Source: Bacteroidota bacterium (GTDB taxonomy: Bacteria > Bacteroidota > Bacteroidia > AKYH767-A > 2013-40CM-41-45). Taken from it: a DNA stretch of 64,000 nucleotides. The stretch lies in assembly GCA_016720655.1 (NCBI GenBank), contig JADKKE010000007.1, forward strand, positions 104,385 to 168,384. Direction: 5' to 3'. Below are positions 51,169 through 60,985 of this stretch, one piece after another (within the stretch, counting starts at the first letter, position 1; each line of letters opens with the position of its first letter). Under the pieces are notes generated by a model. The model was not told the DNA's origin. It ran no database searches and was given only the letters and a program-made list of their open reading frames with translations. The translations under genes were made by a program, and so were the position numbers.

Positions 51169-53946
51169 TCAATGCAGGTACTGATTACAAATTGCGATAA
51201 AGTCTGAGTTTTTGGAAAGCGATGAGAGGAGGGGGTCGTTTTTAATAGCTTTTTTCGAAAATGAACCGGTGGCAAATGCTTCTTTAAAGCTATCCATTGC
51301 TTCACTATTTTTGTTTTGCATGGAAAGTGCAATCCCTTTGTACAGCAAGCCTTCAGAGTTTCTTGAATCGGTTTGTAAAATCTGACTGATGCAATCCATG
51401 GCACGAATAGGATCGTTTAGCTTCAGGTAGGAATACGCCATCTTCTTGTTGAGAACCGGTTCGGAAACATAAGACTTGTCAATTTTTTTAGCGCTCTTGA
51501 AATCTTCTATCGCCATTGGGTAATTCGCTTTTTGCACCAGGCACAAGCCACGCAAACGAAAGGCCTCCGGATCCATGCTATTCTTCTGGAGATATTTGTT
51601 CAGGTCAGTAAGTGCTGGGTCATAATCTTCCATTCGGATCAGGCATTGGGCTTTGTGAAATAATGCTTCTGATAATTCCGGATTGTGACCAAGAGCATGA
51701 TTGTAATCTTTGATCGCCTGTTTGTATTCGTTCAAATCAAAATAGACATTTCCTCTGCCAACATTGAAATCCGGATCGTCTTCGTCACGATCCAATGCTT
51801 TGGCATAAAAATCCAGAGCTTGCTGGGGTTGATGGAGCTGTGAATAGGCGTTCCCGATGTAATAATATATTCGTGCAGAATCTTTTTTCAAAGTTAGTGC
51901 CTCGTTAAAATAACTGATTGATTTTGCATATTCCTTTTCTTTAAAATAAGTATGTCCCAGATAAATTTTAGCCGGATAAAAGTTCTGTCGAATGTCCAGT
52001 GATTTCAGAAATGAGAATTTCGCACTATCAAGTTGCTCGTTTTCGAAATATGCAATTCCGAGGAGATAATGATTTTGAAAATCGGTATTTTCCAAATTGC
52101 AGGCGGTCCTGTAATCGGCAATGGCTTTCCGAAGGTCTCCCAATTTAGTATACGCATTGCCCCGGGCAACGAAATAATCTGGCTTGCTGTCGTATAACTG
52201 TATGGCGGAATTCAGAGAGACGAGTGAATTCTGAGGGTTACTGATGCCCTTCACACCTGTATAAAATTCGTCAGCTTTTTGCTGGATTTTATTTTTTAAA
52301 TCTGCATTTAATCCCTGAGAAATTGCTAACCTGAAATAATTTCCAGCTCGCTGATAACGATCGGATTTGGATTCTTTCATCGCAATTAATCCAAGATAAT
52401 AATTCGCTTCCGGATAAATTTTTCTTTTTTCTATTGCACGCGTGAAATTTTTGGCGGCGATTTCATTTTCGTTCGATAAAAATTCTACCTCACCCAATTC
52501 AAAGTAGGTAACCGGATTGTCGACATTTACCTGGAGAGCAGATTCGTAATCACGGATTGCTTTATCGTATGCTCCAATTTCTTTTTGTGCTCTTGCACTC
52601 GATAGAAAATAGTAGTCGTTTTTTGGATCCTTTGATTTGAGGATCGCGTAATCACTCAGTGCACCGGCACGATCTTCATTTTTCATTTTGGTTTGGGCTC
52701 TCAATTCGTAAGCATCCAGGTAATTTTCATCCATGGATGTCGCTTTTGAAAGATCTTCCAATGCCCGCTTAGGATTGTTAGAAGCTACGTAAGCCTTAGC
52801 TCTCCAGAAATACAGTTCAGGGGTCACTTTGTTGTCAGTTTGAATATCTTTCGAACAGCTGTTAATGATTTGATCGAACTGATTTCTACTGAACAATCCC
52901 TGCAAGCCCTCTGTCTTGGAAAGAATGGGTTGGATTTGTTGCTTGCGAAGTTCAGTATTCGGATCTCTGTATTTTGCATCCAGCAAAGCCAATTTAGAAT
53001 ACAAACTGTCGGTAAAGTGATAGCGACGGAATTTGTAAGCATAATCAGCTTGTTCTTTCCATTTTCTTGAATTCTGTTCGATGCCTGTAACAGTCGAGAG
53101 TTTTTCCTGGTAGTCTTTCAGTTTTAACTGATAGGCAGTATTGGAAGGATCAAAACTGATAGCTCTGCGTATGAAACTAACAGCATCTTCATACAAACCT
53201 CTGCGTGCAGCCTGTTCGGCTTTGTCGGCCTGCTCTGAAGCTTTACCGCCTGCAGTAGAAATCGGATCCGGTGCGGCATCGCAATCGATCGCTCGGGCAA
53301 TATCGGTGACTTCATTCTTCGTATCATTCTGGAAAGCATCGGCATTTGCATAACTGATGGAATTGATTGTGACTGTCCATTCGTTTTTACCGCTACCTGA
53401 TTTGCCTGTCAATTCTACCCGCATTTCTGCAACTCTCGAAAATTTTGGATAGGTCATTCCGGTTGCAGTATGCTTTGCTTTGTATTCGCAATCGTAATAT
53501 ATATTTACATAGTAATAACTTGTCTTCTTGAGGTTAGAGCATCGGATATTTTTGAAGAAGATTGTATTTTCATCATCATCGTTTTTCTGGTAACCGGAAT
53601 ACAATTGATTCAGATACTTTTTTACATACAAATTTTCATTCCATTTATTTGAAATGATTAATTGTGGATCCACATCATTGGAGATAATAACGGAATCATT
53701 ATAAAATAAACGTGCCTGTCCTTTGGTTGCAGTGGTATACGACTCATCGAAATCTTGTTTGGTAGTACTTCCCCAGGTGATGAAATTCATTCGGTCTTGC
53801 AAGGCCATGATGCGATTCTCAGCACGGAACCGAATGTTCACGGTGTCTTTGCAGGTAATCAGTCCTTCTTGTGCTGTTGAAGAATAATGAAAAGAAAAAA
53901 AGAGGAACACTACAATAACAATAGTCTTATTCATCTTGTGGAACAT
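51169..53946 (-). CDS. P6: 925-aa secreted TPR-repeat protein with unique N-terminal alpha+beta module
   Basis: Signal peptide (MNKTIVIVVFLFFSFHYSSTAQ). A unique region of about 240 aa is followed by more than 15 TPR-like repeats (recurrent A..y..Al..dP.n..a....g pattern). The start overlaps the P7 stop. Confidence 0.75.
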   Translation of the reverse strand: MFHKMNKTIVIVVFLFFSFHYSSTAQEGLITCKDTVNIRFRAENRIMALQDRMNFITWGSTTKQDFDESYTTATKGQARLFYNDSVIISNDVDPQLIISNKWNENLYVKKYLNQLYSGYQKNDDDENTIFFKNIRCSNLKKTSYYYVNIYYDCEYKAKHTATGMTYPKFSRVAEMRVELTGKSGSGKNEWTVTINSISYANADAFQNDTKNEVTDIARAIDCDAAPDPISTAGGKASEQADKAEQAARRGLYEDAVSFIRRAISFDPSNTAYQLKLKDYQEKLSTVTGIEQNSRKWKEQADYAYKFRRYHFTDSLYSKLALLDAKYRDPNTELRKQQIQPILSKTEGLQGLFSRNQFDQIINSCSKDIQTDNKVTPELYFWRAKAYVASNNPKRALEDLSKATSMDENYLDAYELRAQTKMKNEDRAGALSDYAILKSKDPKNDYYFLSSARAQKEIGAYDKAIRDYESALQVNVDNPVTYFELGEVEFLSNENEIAAKNFTRAIEKRKIYPEANYYLGLIAMKESKSDRYQRAGNYFRLAISQGLNADLKNKIQQKADEFYTGVKGISNPQNSLVSLNSAIQLYDSKPDYFVARGNAYTKLGDLRKAIADYRTACNLENTDFQNHYLLGIAYFENEQLDSAKFSFLKSLDIRQNFYPAKIYLGHTYFKEKEYAKSISYFNEALTLKKDSARIYYYIGNAYSQLHQPQQALDFYAKALDRDEDDPDFNVGRGNVYFDLNEYKQAIKDYNHALGHNPELSEALFHKAQCLIRMEDYDPALTDLNKYLQKNSMDPEAFRLRGLCLVQKANYPMAIEDFKSAKKIDKSYVSEPVLNKKMAYSYLKLNDPIRAMDCISQILQTDSRNSEGLLYKGIALSMQNKNSEAMDSFKEAFATGSFSKKAIKNDPLLSSLSKNSDFIAICNQYLH

Positions 53947-54814
53947 TTAAAAATTGTTTTTTATAAATTGGCTTTGAACTGTATTTTACAAACAAGAGAT
54001 TGCTGATCAACCAACCGGAATTTCTGGTGTTGCGGTTGAAATTCTCGACAACCATTACATAGTTTGGAATCTGAAGAAAATGGTAGGAGATGTGCTGTAC
54101 AAAGTCAAAGCGAAGTGATTTTTCTTTCACTAATTTGATCAACAGTTGCATCTGATCGGTGAGGGGTCCTTCGTACAGGTAATCTTTGAATTTATCAGGT
54201 TCTTCAAACGCCTGGTACAAGTTAACGAAATTTGTACCATGACTCATGGGATCAAGAAAAACGCTGGTCTGGTTTTCCGGGTCTCGTAAATCGGAACCAC
54301 ACAAGCGGGGAACTGGGACTTTCGATCCGGATTTTGGATATTTAAAATTCAGAAAATCTGCCATCGCACTTACAACAACCCATTTCGTTGAATGATCTAT
54401 TCCTTCTTCGATTTTAAGTGTAAGATCCAATTGCTTTGATTTGCCCAAATACGTTACTCGACAACGAACATGCGCAAACCAGTCTTTGTCTTTAAAATTC
54501 AGAAAAATTGGTGCGCCTCGTTTGGTTACTGTCATAGTAAAATGCTTCAATGTTGACGTATCCCATCTCTGGTTTCGGTCAAACAAAGATTTTACCATTG
54601 TCGAACGTAGTGGCAGTTTACCACGGTTGTAATTCTTCAGATTTTGCACGAATACAGAACTCGTGTCTTTATTGAACCTGTCAATAAATTCATCGAGTAT
54701 TTTTACTTCCAGGGCATGGTTTTCTTTCCAGCGCGTGTCTTCAACGAGACCCTGTGACTGAACTGAAAATGAAAGCAGAAGAAAAGTGTAAAGAAGAAAT
54801 TGTTTTTTATTCAT
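53927..54814 (-). CDS. P7: secreted hypothetical protein (295 aa)
   Basis: Signal peptide MNKKQFLLYTFLLLSFSVQSQ. No recognisable family. The start is 3 nt after the P8 stop. Confidence 0.6.
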   Translation of the reverse strand: MNKKQFLLYTFLLLSFSVQSQGLVEDTRWKENHALEVKILDEFIDRFNKDTSSVFVQNLKNYNRGKLPLRSTMVKSLFDRNQRWDTSTLKHFTMTVTKRGAPIFLNFKDKDWFAHVRCRVTYLGKSKQLDLTLKIEEGIDHSTKWVVVSAMADFLNFKYPKSGSKVPVPRLCGSDLRDPENQTSVFLDPMSHGTNFVNLYQAFEEPDKFKDYLYEGPLTDQMQLLIKLVKEKSLRFDFVQHISYHFLQIPNYVMVVENFNRNTRNSGWLISNLLFVKYSSKPIYKKQFLNVPQDE

Positions 54815-54817
54815 TCA

Positions 54818-55864
54818 CTAATTGGGGCTGGTTTCCTGTACAAGAACATCAACTAAGAAAACATCCCAGTAGTCCTGAGGAATGCCATTCTCGAATTTCT
54901 GAATTTTTTTTACGACAACTTTAATGCTCTTCGTAGTAAGATCTTCATAAGCAGGTAAATCTTTGACATAGCCGATAAAGCGTTGTTTAAAAGAAACCCA
55001 GCCGTAGAAATTACCATCCGGACCTTTTTTCAAGTCTTTCACCATGTAATAGTCCGAAGTTTTAATTTCTACTTTTTCATATTGCAACATGCGCAATCGA
55101 TTCAGATATTTTCGAACCTTCAATGGTTTTTGAGCCTGAGGCTGACGAATTGAAGTAACTCCGATCGTTGAATTTTCATTGAGGAAAAGATCAAGTGCAT
55201 TTAAAATACTTGTTTGTGCAATATCTTCAAGTGTTGATTTGTCTGCAATAATTCCAATCAGCTGGCCAAATGTCCTTGACTTGATAAGCGCTTTGTCTTT
55301 CAATTCCGCCATTGTAGTCTCGTCCAGTGTTGTTGTTGAATTATCCACAGGCTTTACATAAACGTCTTCCTTTGGTTGTTCAACCGGAGCCGTCGATCCT
55401 CCGTCACTAACTCCTGAATTCGTGTTGTCAGCGGGAGGTGGAGCAGGACTTTCAGTAGTAACAGTGTTCTCGGAGATTGCAGGCTCAGGATTCGAGCTCA
55501 TTGATGATGCAGTATAATCCACTGAAATATCATAAGTCGCTTTAGTTGTGAATACATCATTTCCAAGAAAGGTTTTTAAATCCCTGAGCTTTTTATTTGG
55601 AAAGGACATCGTGAATTTATTCTCATTTCCAAACATTGCTCTTTCCAGATAATAACGCACGGAATCGTAATCCTGGATCTTCAGATCGTTGCAAACCCTT
55701 CGCAGACAGAAATAGTAATCATCGTTCGGATCCTGATTCACAAAATCATCCATTTCTTCAGTAGAACAGGTTGGGGCTTCCTGAGCTCGAGTGGGTGCAC
55801 CGGAGAAAATGAAAAAGAAGAGAAAGAAAAAGAAGGAGAGAGAGGAGATGTTCTTAAATTTCAT
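54818..55864 (-). CDS. P8: secreted hypothetical protein (348 aa) with Pro/Thr/Ser linker
   Basis: Signal peptide MKFKNISSLSFFFFLFFFIFSGAPTRAQ. A Cys-containing N-terminal domain, a low-complexity linker (NPEPAISENTVTTESPAPPPADNTNSG) and a C-terminal alpha+beta module. Confidence 0.6.
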   Translation of the reverse strand: MKFKNISSLSFFFFLFFFIFSGAPTRAQEAPTCSTEEMDDFVNQDPNDDYYFCLRRVCNDLKIQDYDSVRYYLERAMFGNENKFTMSFPNKKLRDLKTFLGNDVFTTKATYDISVDYTASSMSSNPEPAISENTVTTESPAPPPADNTNSGVSDGGSTAPVEQPKEDVYVKPVDNSTTTLDETTMAELKDKALIKSRTFGQLIGIIADKSTLEDIAQTSILNALDLFLNENSTIGVTSIRQPQAQKPLKVRKYLNRLRMLQYEKVEIKTSDYYMVKDLKKGPDGNFYGWVSFKQRFIGYVKDLPAYEDLTTKSIKVVVKKIQKFENGIPQDYWDVFLVDVLVQETSPN

Positions 55865-56193
55865 GGGAAAGATTCATTTTAGGCAATATTATTAATTATT
55901 ATCTGAAGTCAAAAGAAAGCTGCTTCATAATCGCAGGGGAAATCAATGAATTCATACTGAAATCAGATATTGCTATTTTCTATCAGTATTTTCTAACTTA
56001 AACCATCATTTTTTTTATGCATTTTTAAATGAAAATGGCCTTATGGCAATACTGGTTTGAAGTCAATTTATCCTCAAGTAATAGGCTTGATTATAGGCGA
56101 ATGCACTGCCTCAGCGGTTTGGTTTAGATGGGTCGGGGAATGATTGTTCAATGAGGACTTTCAGCTTCTTAGGTGTTATTAAATTTTTATTTT

Positions 56194-56201
56194 TATTTTT
56201 G
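56194..56201 (+). promoter_or_regulatory. Candidate -7 box (TATTTTTG) for lpxC/fabZ
   Basis: Matches TAnnTTTG, 50 nt upstream of the ATG at 56252, within a 387-bp divergent intergenic region. Confidence 0.3.
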
Positions 56202-56251
56202 GCCAAAACCCCGGCATATCGTTCCGGTCTTGTTTTCTGAAATTTTACATA

Positions 56252-57739
56252 ATGGCTGAAAATCAGACAGTTGTAGAGGCTTCCGTAGTTAAGAAGGAAA
56301 GCCCGTTACCTTCTCCTGCCCCCGAAATCATCCGACAGACCACTATTCTGCATCCGGTGACCGCATCGGGCGTTGGATTGCATACTGGCGCTAGCGTCAA
56401 TCTTACTTTCATGCCGGCTCCGGAAAACCATGGATATCAGTTCAAACGAATTGACTTACCGGGTCAGCCTGTAGTTGAAGCAGATGTAGATAACGTGACT
56501 GATACCGATCGTGGTACCACAATCAGTAAAAACGGTGCCCGAATCAGCACTATTGAGCACGTACTGGCAGCTTTGGCCGGAATGGAAATAGACAATGTCC
56601 TGATGGAAATTGATGGTCCGGAAGTGCCGATTATGGATGGGAGTTCCAAGCCTTTCATCGACCTTCTTGAAAAAGCTGGAATCCAGGAACAACGCGAGGA
56701 ACGTCGGTACTACATGCTGAGTGAGAATATCACTTACGAAGATCCGAAGAGAAAAACTGAAATGCTTGCTGTTCCCAGTGAGGATTTCAGGATCACTGTA
56801 ATGGTTGATTACAACAGCGACTTGTTGGGTACGCAGCATGCGACACTTTACAATATCGGAGAGTTTAAAAATGAAATCAGTGATTGTAGAACGTTTTGTT
56901 TTCTACACGAACTGGAAATGCTCCTTGACAATAATCTCATCAAAGGCGGCGATATCAATAACGCGATTGTCGTGGTTGATAAACCCGTATCGCAGCAACG
57001 TCTCGATCATCTCGCGAAAATTTTCAATAAAGAAAAAGTAACAGCTGAACGCGGATTTCTGAACAATGTGAAACTTCATTTTCAGAATGAACCTGCCCGT
57101 CATAAATTGCTTGACATTGTGGGTGACCTTGCTCTTGTCGGAGCTCCGCTAAAAGGCCACATTCTCGCAGCCCGTCCGGGTCATGTAGCAAATGTTGAAT
57201 TTGCTCGAAAGATCAAGGACCTGATGAAACGTGACAGGTTCCGTGAAAAGTCACCGCGTGTTGATCTCAATGCGAAGCCGATTTACGATATCAACGGGAT
57301 CATGAAATTTCTTCCTCATCGTGCTCCATTTCTTTTCGTCGATAAGATCCTTGAATTATCCGATCGTCATGTCGTGGGATTGAAGAATGTCACAATGAAC
57401 GAATGGTTTTTCCCTGGACATTTTCCGGGTGCTCCGGTAATGCCCGGTGTGATTCAGATAGAAGCAATGGCACAGGTAGGAGGGATTCTGGTTTTGAATA
57501 CCGTTCCTGATCCGGAGAACTACCTCACGTATTTCATGAAAATCGACAATACCCGTTTCAGAGATATGGTGATGCCGGGCGATACAATTGTATTCCATCT
57601 CGAACTGATCTCGCCAATTCGCAGAGGGATCTGTCACATGAGAGGCAAAGCCTATGTTGGTGATAAAGTTGTCATGGAATCAGAAATGATGGCGCAAATC
57701 GTGCGACGCGACAAGAAAAAAAGTATTGAAGCCAGCTGA
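56252..57739 (+). CDS. lpxC/fabZ: Bifunctional UDP-3-O-acyl-GlcNAc deacetylase / 3-hydroxyacyl-ACP dehydratase
   Basis: N-terminal LpxC (GVGLHTGASVNLTFMPA...EHVLAALAGMEIDN...HKLLDIVGDLAL) fused to FabZ (LPHRAPFLFVDKI...FFPGHFPGAPVMPGV). This fusion is typical of Bacteroidota. Confidence 0.95.
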   Translation: MAENQTVVEASVVKKESPLPSPAPEIIRQTTILHPVTASGVGLHTGASVNLTFMPAPENHGYQFKRIDLPGQPVVEADVDNVTDTDRGTTISKNGARISTIEHVLAALAGMEIDNVLMEIDGPEVPIMDGSSKPFIDLLEKAGIQEQREERRYYMLSENITYEDPKRKTEMLAVPSEDFRITVMVDYNSDLLGTQHATLYNIGEFKNEISDCRTFCFLHELEMLLDNNLIKGGDINNAIVVVDKPVSQQRLDHLAKIFNKEKVTAERGFLNNVKLHFQNEPARHKLLDIVGDLALVGAPLKGHILAARPGHVANVEFARKIKDLMKRDRFREKSPRVDLNAKPIYDINGIMKFLPHRAPFLFVDKILELSDRHVVGLKNVTMNEWFFPGHFPGAPVMPGVIQIEAMAQVGGILVLNTVPDPENYLTYFMKIDNTRFRDMVMPGDTIVFHLELISPIRRGICHMRGKAYVGDKVVMESEMMAQIVRRDKKKSIEAS

Positions 57740-57773
57740 TTCAAGAGCTGAATCCGAATCAGAAATTCCATCC

Positions 57774-58562
57774 ATGAACAACAACCTCGTCGTCATACAT
57801 CCGAATGCCCGCATTGGTAAGAACGTAAAAATTGATCCGTTCACGATGATCCACGAAAATGTGGAGATTGGTGATGATACCTGGATCGGAAGTAACGTTA
57901 CCATTTTTCCCGGAGCAAGAATCGGAAGCAATTGCAAAATATTTCCCGGTGCTGTGATTTCTGCAGTACCACAGGATCTGAAATTTCATGGAGAAGATAC
58001 GATCGCTTCGATTGGTGACCATACGACAATCCGTGAATTTGTTACGGTGAACAGAGGGACTGAAGCGCTTGGGAAAACTGTTGTTGGAAGTCATAACCTC
58101 CTGATGGCTTATGTTCATGTTGCGCACGACTGCATCATCGGCGATCATTGTATTCTTGCCAATGGTGCTACTCTTGCAGGACATATTACCATTGCTGATT
58201 TTGCGATCATTGGCGGACTTTCTGCGATACATCAATTTGTTCAGGTGGGTTCGCATGTGATGATCTCCGGTGGATCACTTGTACGTAAAGATGTTCCTCC
58301 TTTTGTGAAAGCCGCGCACGAGCCATTGTCCTATGTGGGTATCAACTCTGTCGGTTTACGACGACGCGGTTTCAACAATGAAAAAATTGCAGAGATCCAG
58401 AATATCTACCGGACAATCTTCGTGAAAGGCTATAGCAATTCTCATGCACTGGATGTTGTGCAGAATGAAATGCAGGCTTCTCCTGAACGTGATCAGATCC
58501 TTTCCTTTATTCGCAGTTCCTCGAGAGGAATTATGAAAGGATATTCAAAAGATGAGGATTGA
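57774..58562 (+). CDS. lpxA: Acyl-ACP-UDP-GlcNAc O-acyltransferase
   Basis: Hexapeptide-repeat beta-helix plus a C-terminal helical domain (...LSYVGINSVGLRRRGF). The ATG at 57774 gives 262 aa; the ORF track opens at 57726. Confidence 0.93.
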   Translation: MNNNLVVIHPNARIGKNVKIDPFTMIHENVEIGDDTWIGSNVTIFPGARIGSNCKIFPGAVISAVPQDLKFHGEDTIASIGDHTTIREFVTVNRGTEALGKTVVGSHNLLMAYVHVAHDCIIGDHCILANGATLAGHITIADFAIIGGLSAIHQFVQVGSHVMISGGSLVRKDVPPFVKAAHEPLSYVGINSVGLRRRGFNNEKIAEIQNIYRTIFVKGYSNSHALDVVQNEMQASPERDQILSFIRSSSRGIMKGYSKDED

Positions 58563-58595
58563 TAATTTTCTGTTTAGAATTCAATCCATGTACTT

Positions 58596-59228
58596 GTGAA
58601 AATCGTTTTAGAAAAAGCCGGCAAGAAATTTTACCGCGAATGGATCTTCCGCAATCTCGATCTAAGTATCAATGTTTCGGAAAAAATTGCCATCCTTGGA
58701 CCTAACGGTTCCGGAAAATCTACTCTTTTGCAATTGCTTGCCGGAGCATCCATTCCTACAGAAGGGAAAGTATCTTACCTGGAAGGGAACACTCTTTTGG
58801 ATCCCGAAGAGATTTACGAGAAAGTCAGCATTTCGGCTCCATACCTCGATTTGATTGAAGACTATGATTTGGAAGAAACACTTTCCTTTCATTTTCATTT
58901 TAAGAAACCTGTTCTCAATCTCAGCGATGAAGCGATGATTGAGTTATCAGGATTGTCATCTTCCCGAAAAAAAATGATGAAGTATTATTCTTCCGGAATG
59001 AAGCAAAGAGTGAAACTGATTCTTGCATTATTGAGTGATGTAGATATCGTATTACTGGACGAGCCCTGCTCAAATCTCGACCGAAAATCCATCTTGTGGT
59101 ATCAGGACCTAGTAGAGAAATATGCTGCTTACAAAACGGTTATTGTTTGTTCGAACAGTCAGCAAGAGGAGTATAGCTTTTGCAAACGAGAAATTAATGT
59201 GATGGAGTGGAAGCCGGGAATTCTGTAG
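58596..59228 (+). CDS. ABC transporter ATP-binding protein
   Basis: Walker A GPNGSGKST, signature YSSGMKQRV, Walker B VLLDEP. GTG start. Confidence 0.85.
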   Translation: MKIVLEKAGKKFYREWIFRNLDLSINVSEKIAILGPNGSGKSTLLQLLAGASIPTEGKVSYLEGNTLLDPEEIYEKVSISAPYLDLIEDYDLEETLSFHFHFKKPVLNLSDEAMIELSGLSSSRKKMMKYYSSGMKQRVKLILALLSDVDIVLLDEPCSNLDRKSILWYQDLVEKYAAYKTVIVCSNSQQEEYSFCKREINVMEWKPGIL

Positions 59229-59262
59229 CCAGACTATTTTCAGCAAAGGAGATTGCTTAACG

Positions 59263-59697
59263 ATGATTAAAATGGAACCCAGGAAACTGATTGTAAATCA
59301 GGAACAGGACTTGAAAAAAGCTGCTCTTGAGCTCATCGAATTCAGCGGGAAAGATCGGATCCTTTGTTTTTATGGAGAAATGGGTGCAGGGAAAACAACT
59401 TTTATCCGCTATTTGTGCAGGGAATTAGGTGTTTTGGAAAACGTCAGCAGTCCTACATTTTCAATTGTCAACGAATACAGGACACAAAGCGGTGAAAGGG
59501 TCTATCATTTTGACTTTTATCGTTTAAACTCGGCTCAGGAAGCATTGGATATCGGGATCCATGAATATTTTGACAGCGGGAGCTATTGTTTAGTGGAATG
59601 GCCGGAAAAAATTCTAAATTTATTGCCTCAACCGCATACAATGGTCCGGATTGTACCGGATCAGGAAACAAGAACCATTACTTTTTCACATGATTGA
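59263..59697 (+). CDS. tsaE: tRNA t6A37 biosynthesis ATPase TsaE
   Basis: 144 aa. FYGEMGAGKTTF, SPTFSIVNEY, HFDFYRL. Confidence 0.88.
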   Translation: MIKMEPRKLIVNQEQDLKKAALELIEFSGKDRILCFYGEMGAGKTTFIRYLCRELGVLENVSSPTFSIVNEYRTQSGERVYHFDFYRLNSAQEALDIGIHEYFDSGSYCLVEWPEKILNLLPQPHTMVRIVPDQETRTITFSHD

Positions 59698-60919
59698 GAA
59701 ATTACCTTCAGGCTTATCTTCTCTTGCTGCATCTGCTGCAATGCAACCGCAGGAAGCCATGCTCGAAATAAAGAAAAAAGGGAAGCAGCTTTTTATTGGA
59801 ATCCCAAAAGAAACCTCTTTTCAGGAAAATAGAATTCCCCTGATTCCGGAATCGATTTCATTGCTGATCAATAATGGTCATGAAATTTTTATCGAAGCAG
59901 GTGCTGGTGCCGCTTCCAATATCCAGGATTCTGATTTCAGTGAAGCAGGTGCACGAATTGTGTACACTGCTGAAGAAGTTTACAAAGCAGACATTATACT
60001 GAAAGTAGCACCTCCTTCTCCTGCAGAGTTGGAAATGATGCAGCCCAAGCAATACCTCATTTCCATTTTGCAAATGAGTATGCAATCAACTGAATTCATC
60101 CGTCAGCTGGGTGCAAAAAAAGTGACTGCTATTGGTTATGAATTTATGCACGATGAATCGGGAGTGTATCCGATCATCCAGGCAATGAGTGAAATTGTTG
60201 GAAGTACCTGTATTCTTATTGCTGCTGAATACCTGAGTAATGCGTTCAATGGAAAAGGCGAATTACTTGGCGGTGTTGCCGGCATTCCTCCAACGGAAGT
60301 AGTCATTATCGGAGCCGGTTCTGTTGGCGAATATGCTGCCCGTACTGCAATGGGATTGGGTGCCAATATAAAAGTCTTTGATAATTCCATCCACCGTTTG
60401 CGTCGTCTGCAAAACAGACTGGGCCGACGTGTTTTTACATCTACTCTTGTACCGAATATACTTTTGAAAGAATTAAAAAATGCGGATGTCGCCATCGGTG
60501 CTTTGCGCAGCAACGAAGGCCGGACTCCTGTTGTTGTGACGGAGGAAATGGTTAGTGAAATGCGTGTGGGTTCTGTGATTGTGGATGTGAGTATCGACCA
60601 GGGCGGATGTTTTGAAACCTCTGAAGTAACCAATCATTCCCAACCGGTTTTCAGAAAATACGGAGTCGTTCATTATTGTGTACCCAACATTGCATCGCGT
60701 GTAAGCCGTACAGCGTCCACAGCATTGAGTAATATTTTCACCCCCATTTTAATTGATGCCGGCAATGAAGGTGGCATCGACGAAATGCTTTGGAAAAATA
60801 AAGCAGTCCGAAAAGGCGTTTACCTGTTCCGCGGTGCCATCACCAACCGATTCGTTGCCGAAAGCTGCAAACTTCCTTATAAGGATTTGGATTTGCTTAC
60901 GGCAGCGAGAATTTCGTAA
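59690..60919 (+). CDS. Alanine dehydrogenase / PNT-family NAD(H)-binding dehydrogenase
   Basis: IGIPKETSFQENRIPLIPES, Rossmann motif VVIIGAGSVGEYAA. The ATG at 59690 overlaps the tsaE stop by 8 nt. Confidence 0.8.
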   Translation: MIEKLPSGLSSLAASAAMQPQEAMLEIKKKGKQLFIGIPKETSFQENRIPLIPESISLLINNGHEIFIEAGAGAASNIQDSDFSEAGARIVYTAEEVYKADIILKVAPPSPAELEMMQPKQYLISILQMSMQSTEFIRQLGAKKVTAIGYEFMHDESGVYPIIQAMSEIVGSTCILIAAEYLSNAFNGKGELLGGVAGIPPTEVVIIGAGSVGEYAARTAMGLGANIKVFDNSIHRLRRLQNRLGRRVFTSTLVPNILLKELKNADVAIGALRSNEGRTPVVVTEEMVSEMRVGSVIVDVSIDQGGCFETSEVTNHSQPVFRKYGVVHYCVPNIASRVSRTASTALSNIFTPILIDAGNEGGIDEMLWKNKAVRKGVYLFRGAITNRFVAESCKLPYKDLDLLTAARIS

Positions 60920-60985
60920 TTGTTGATTTTTGATTTTAGATTTTTGATTGAGGACTTCTAACGTCTAATCTCTAATTTCTACTCT

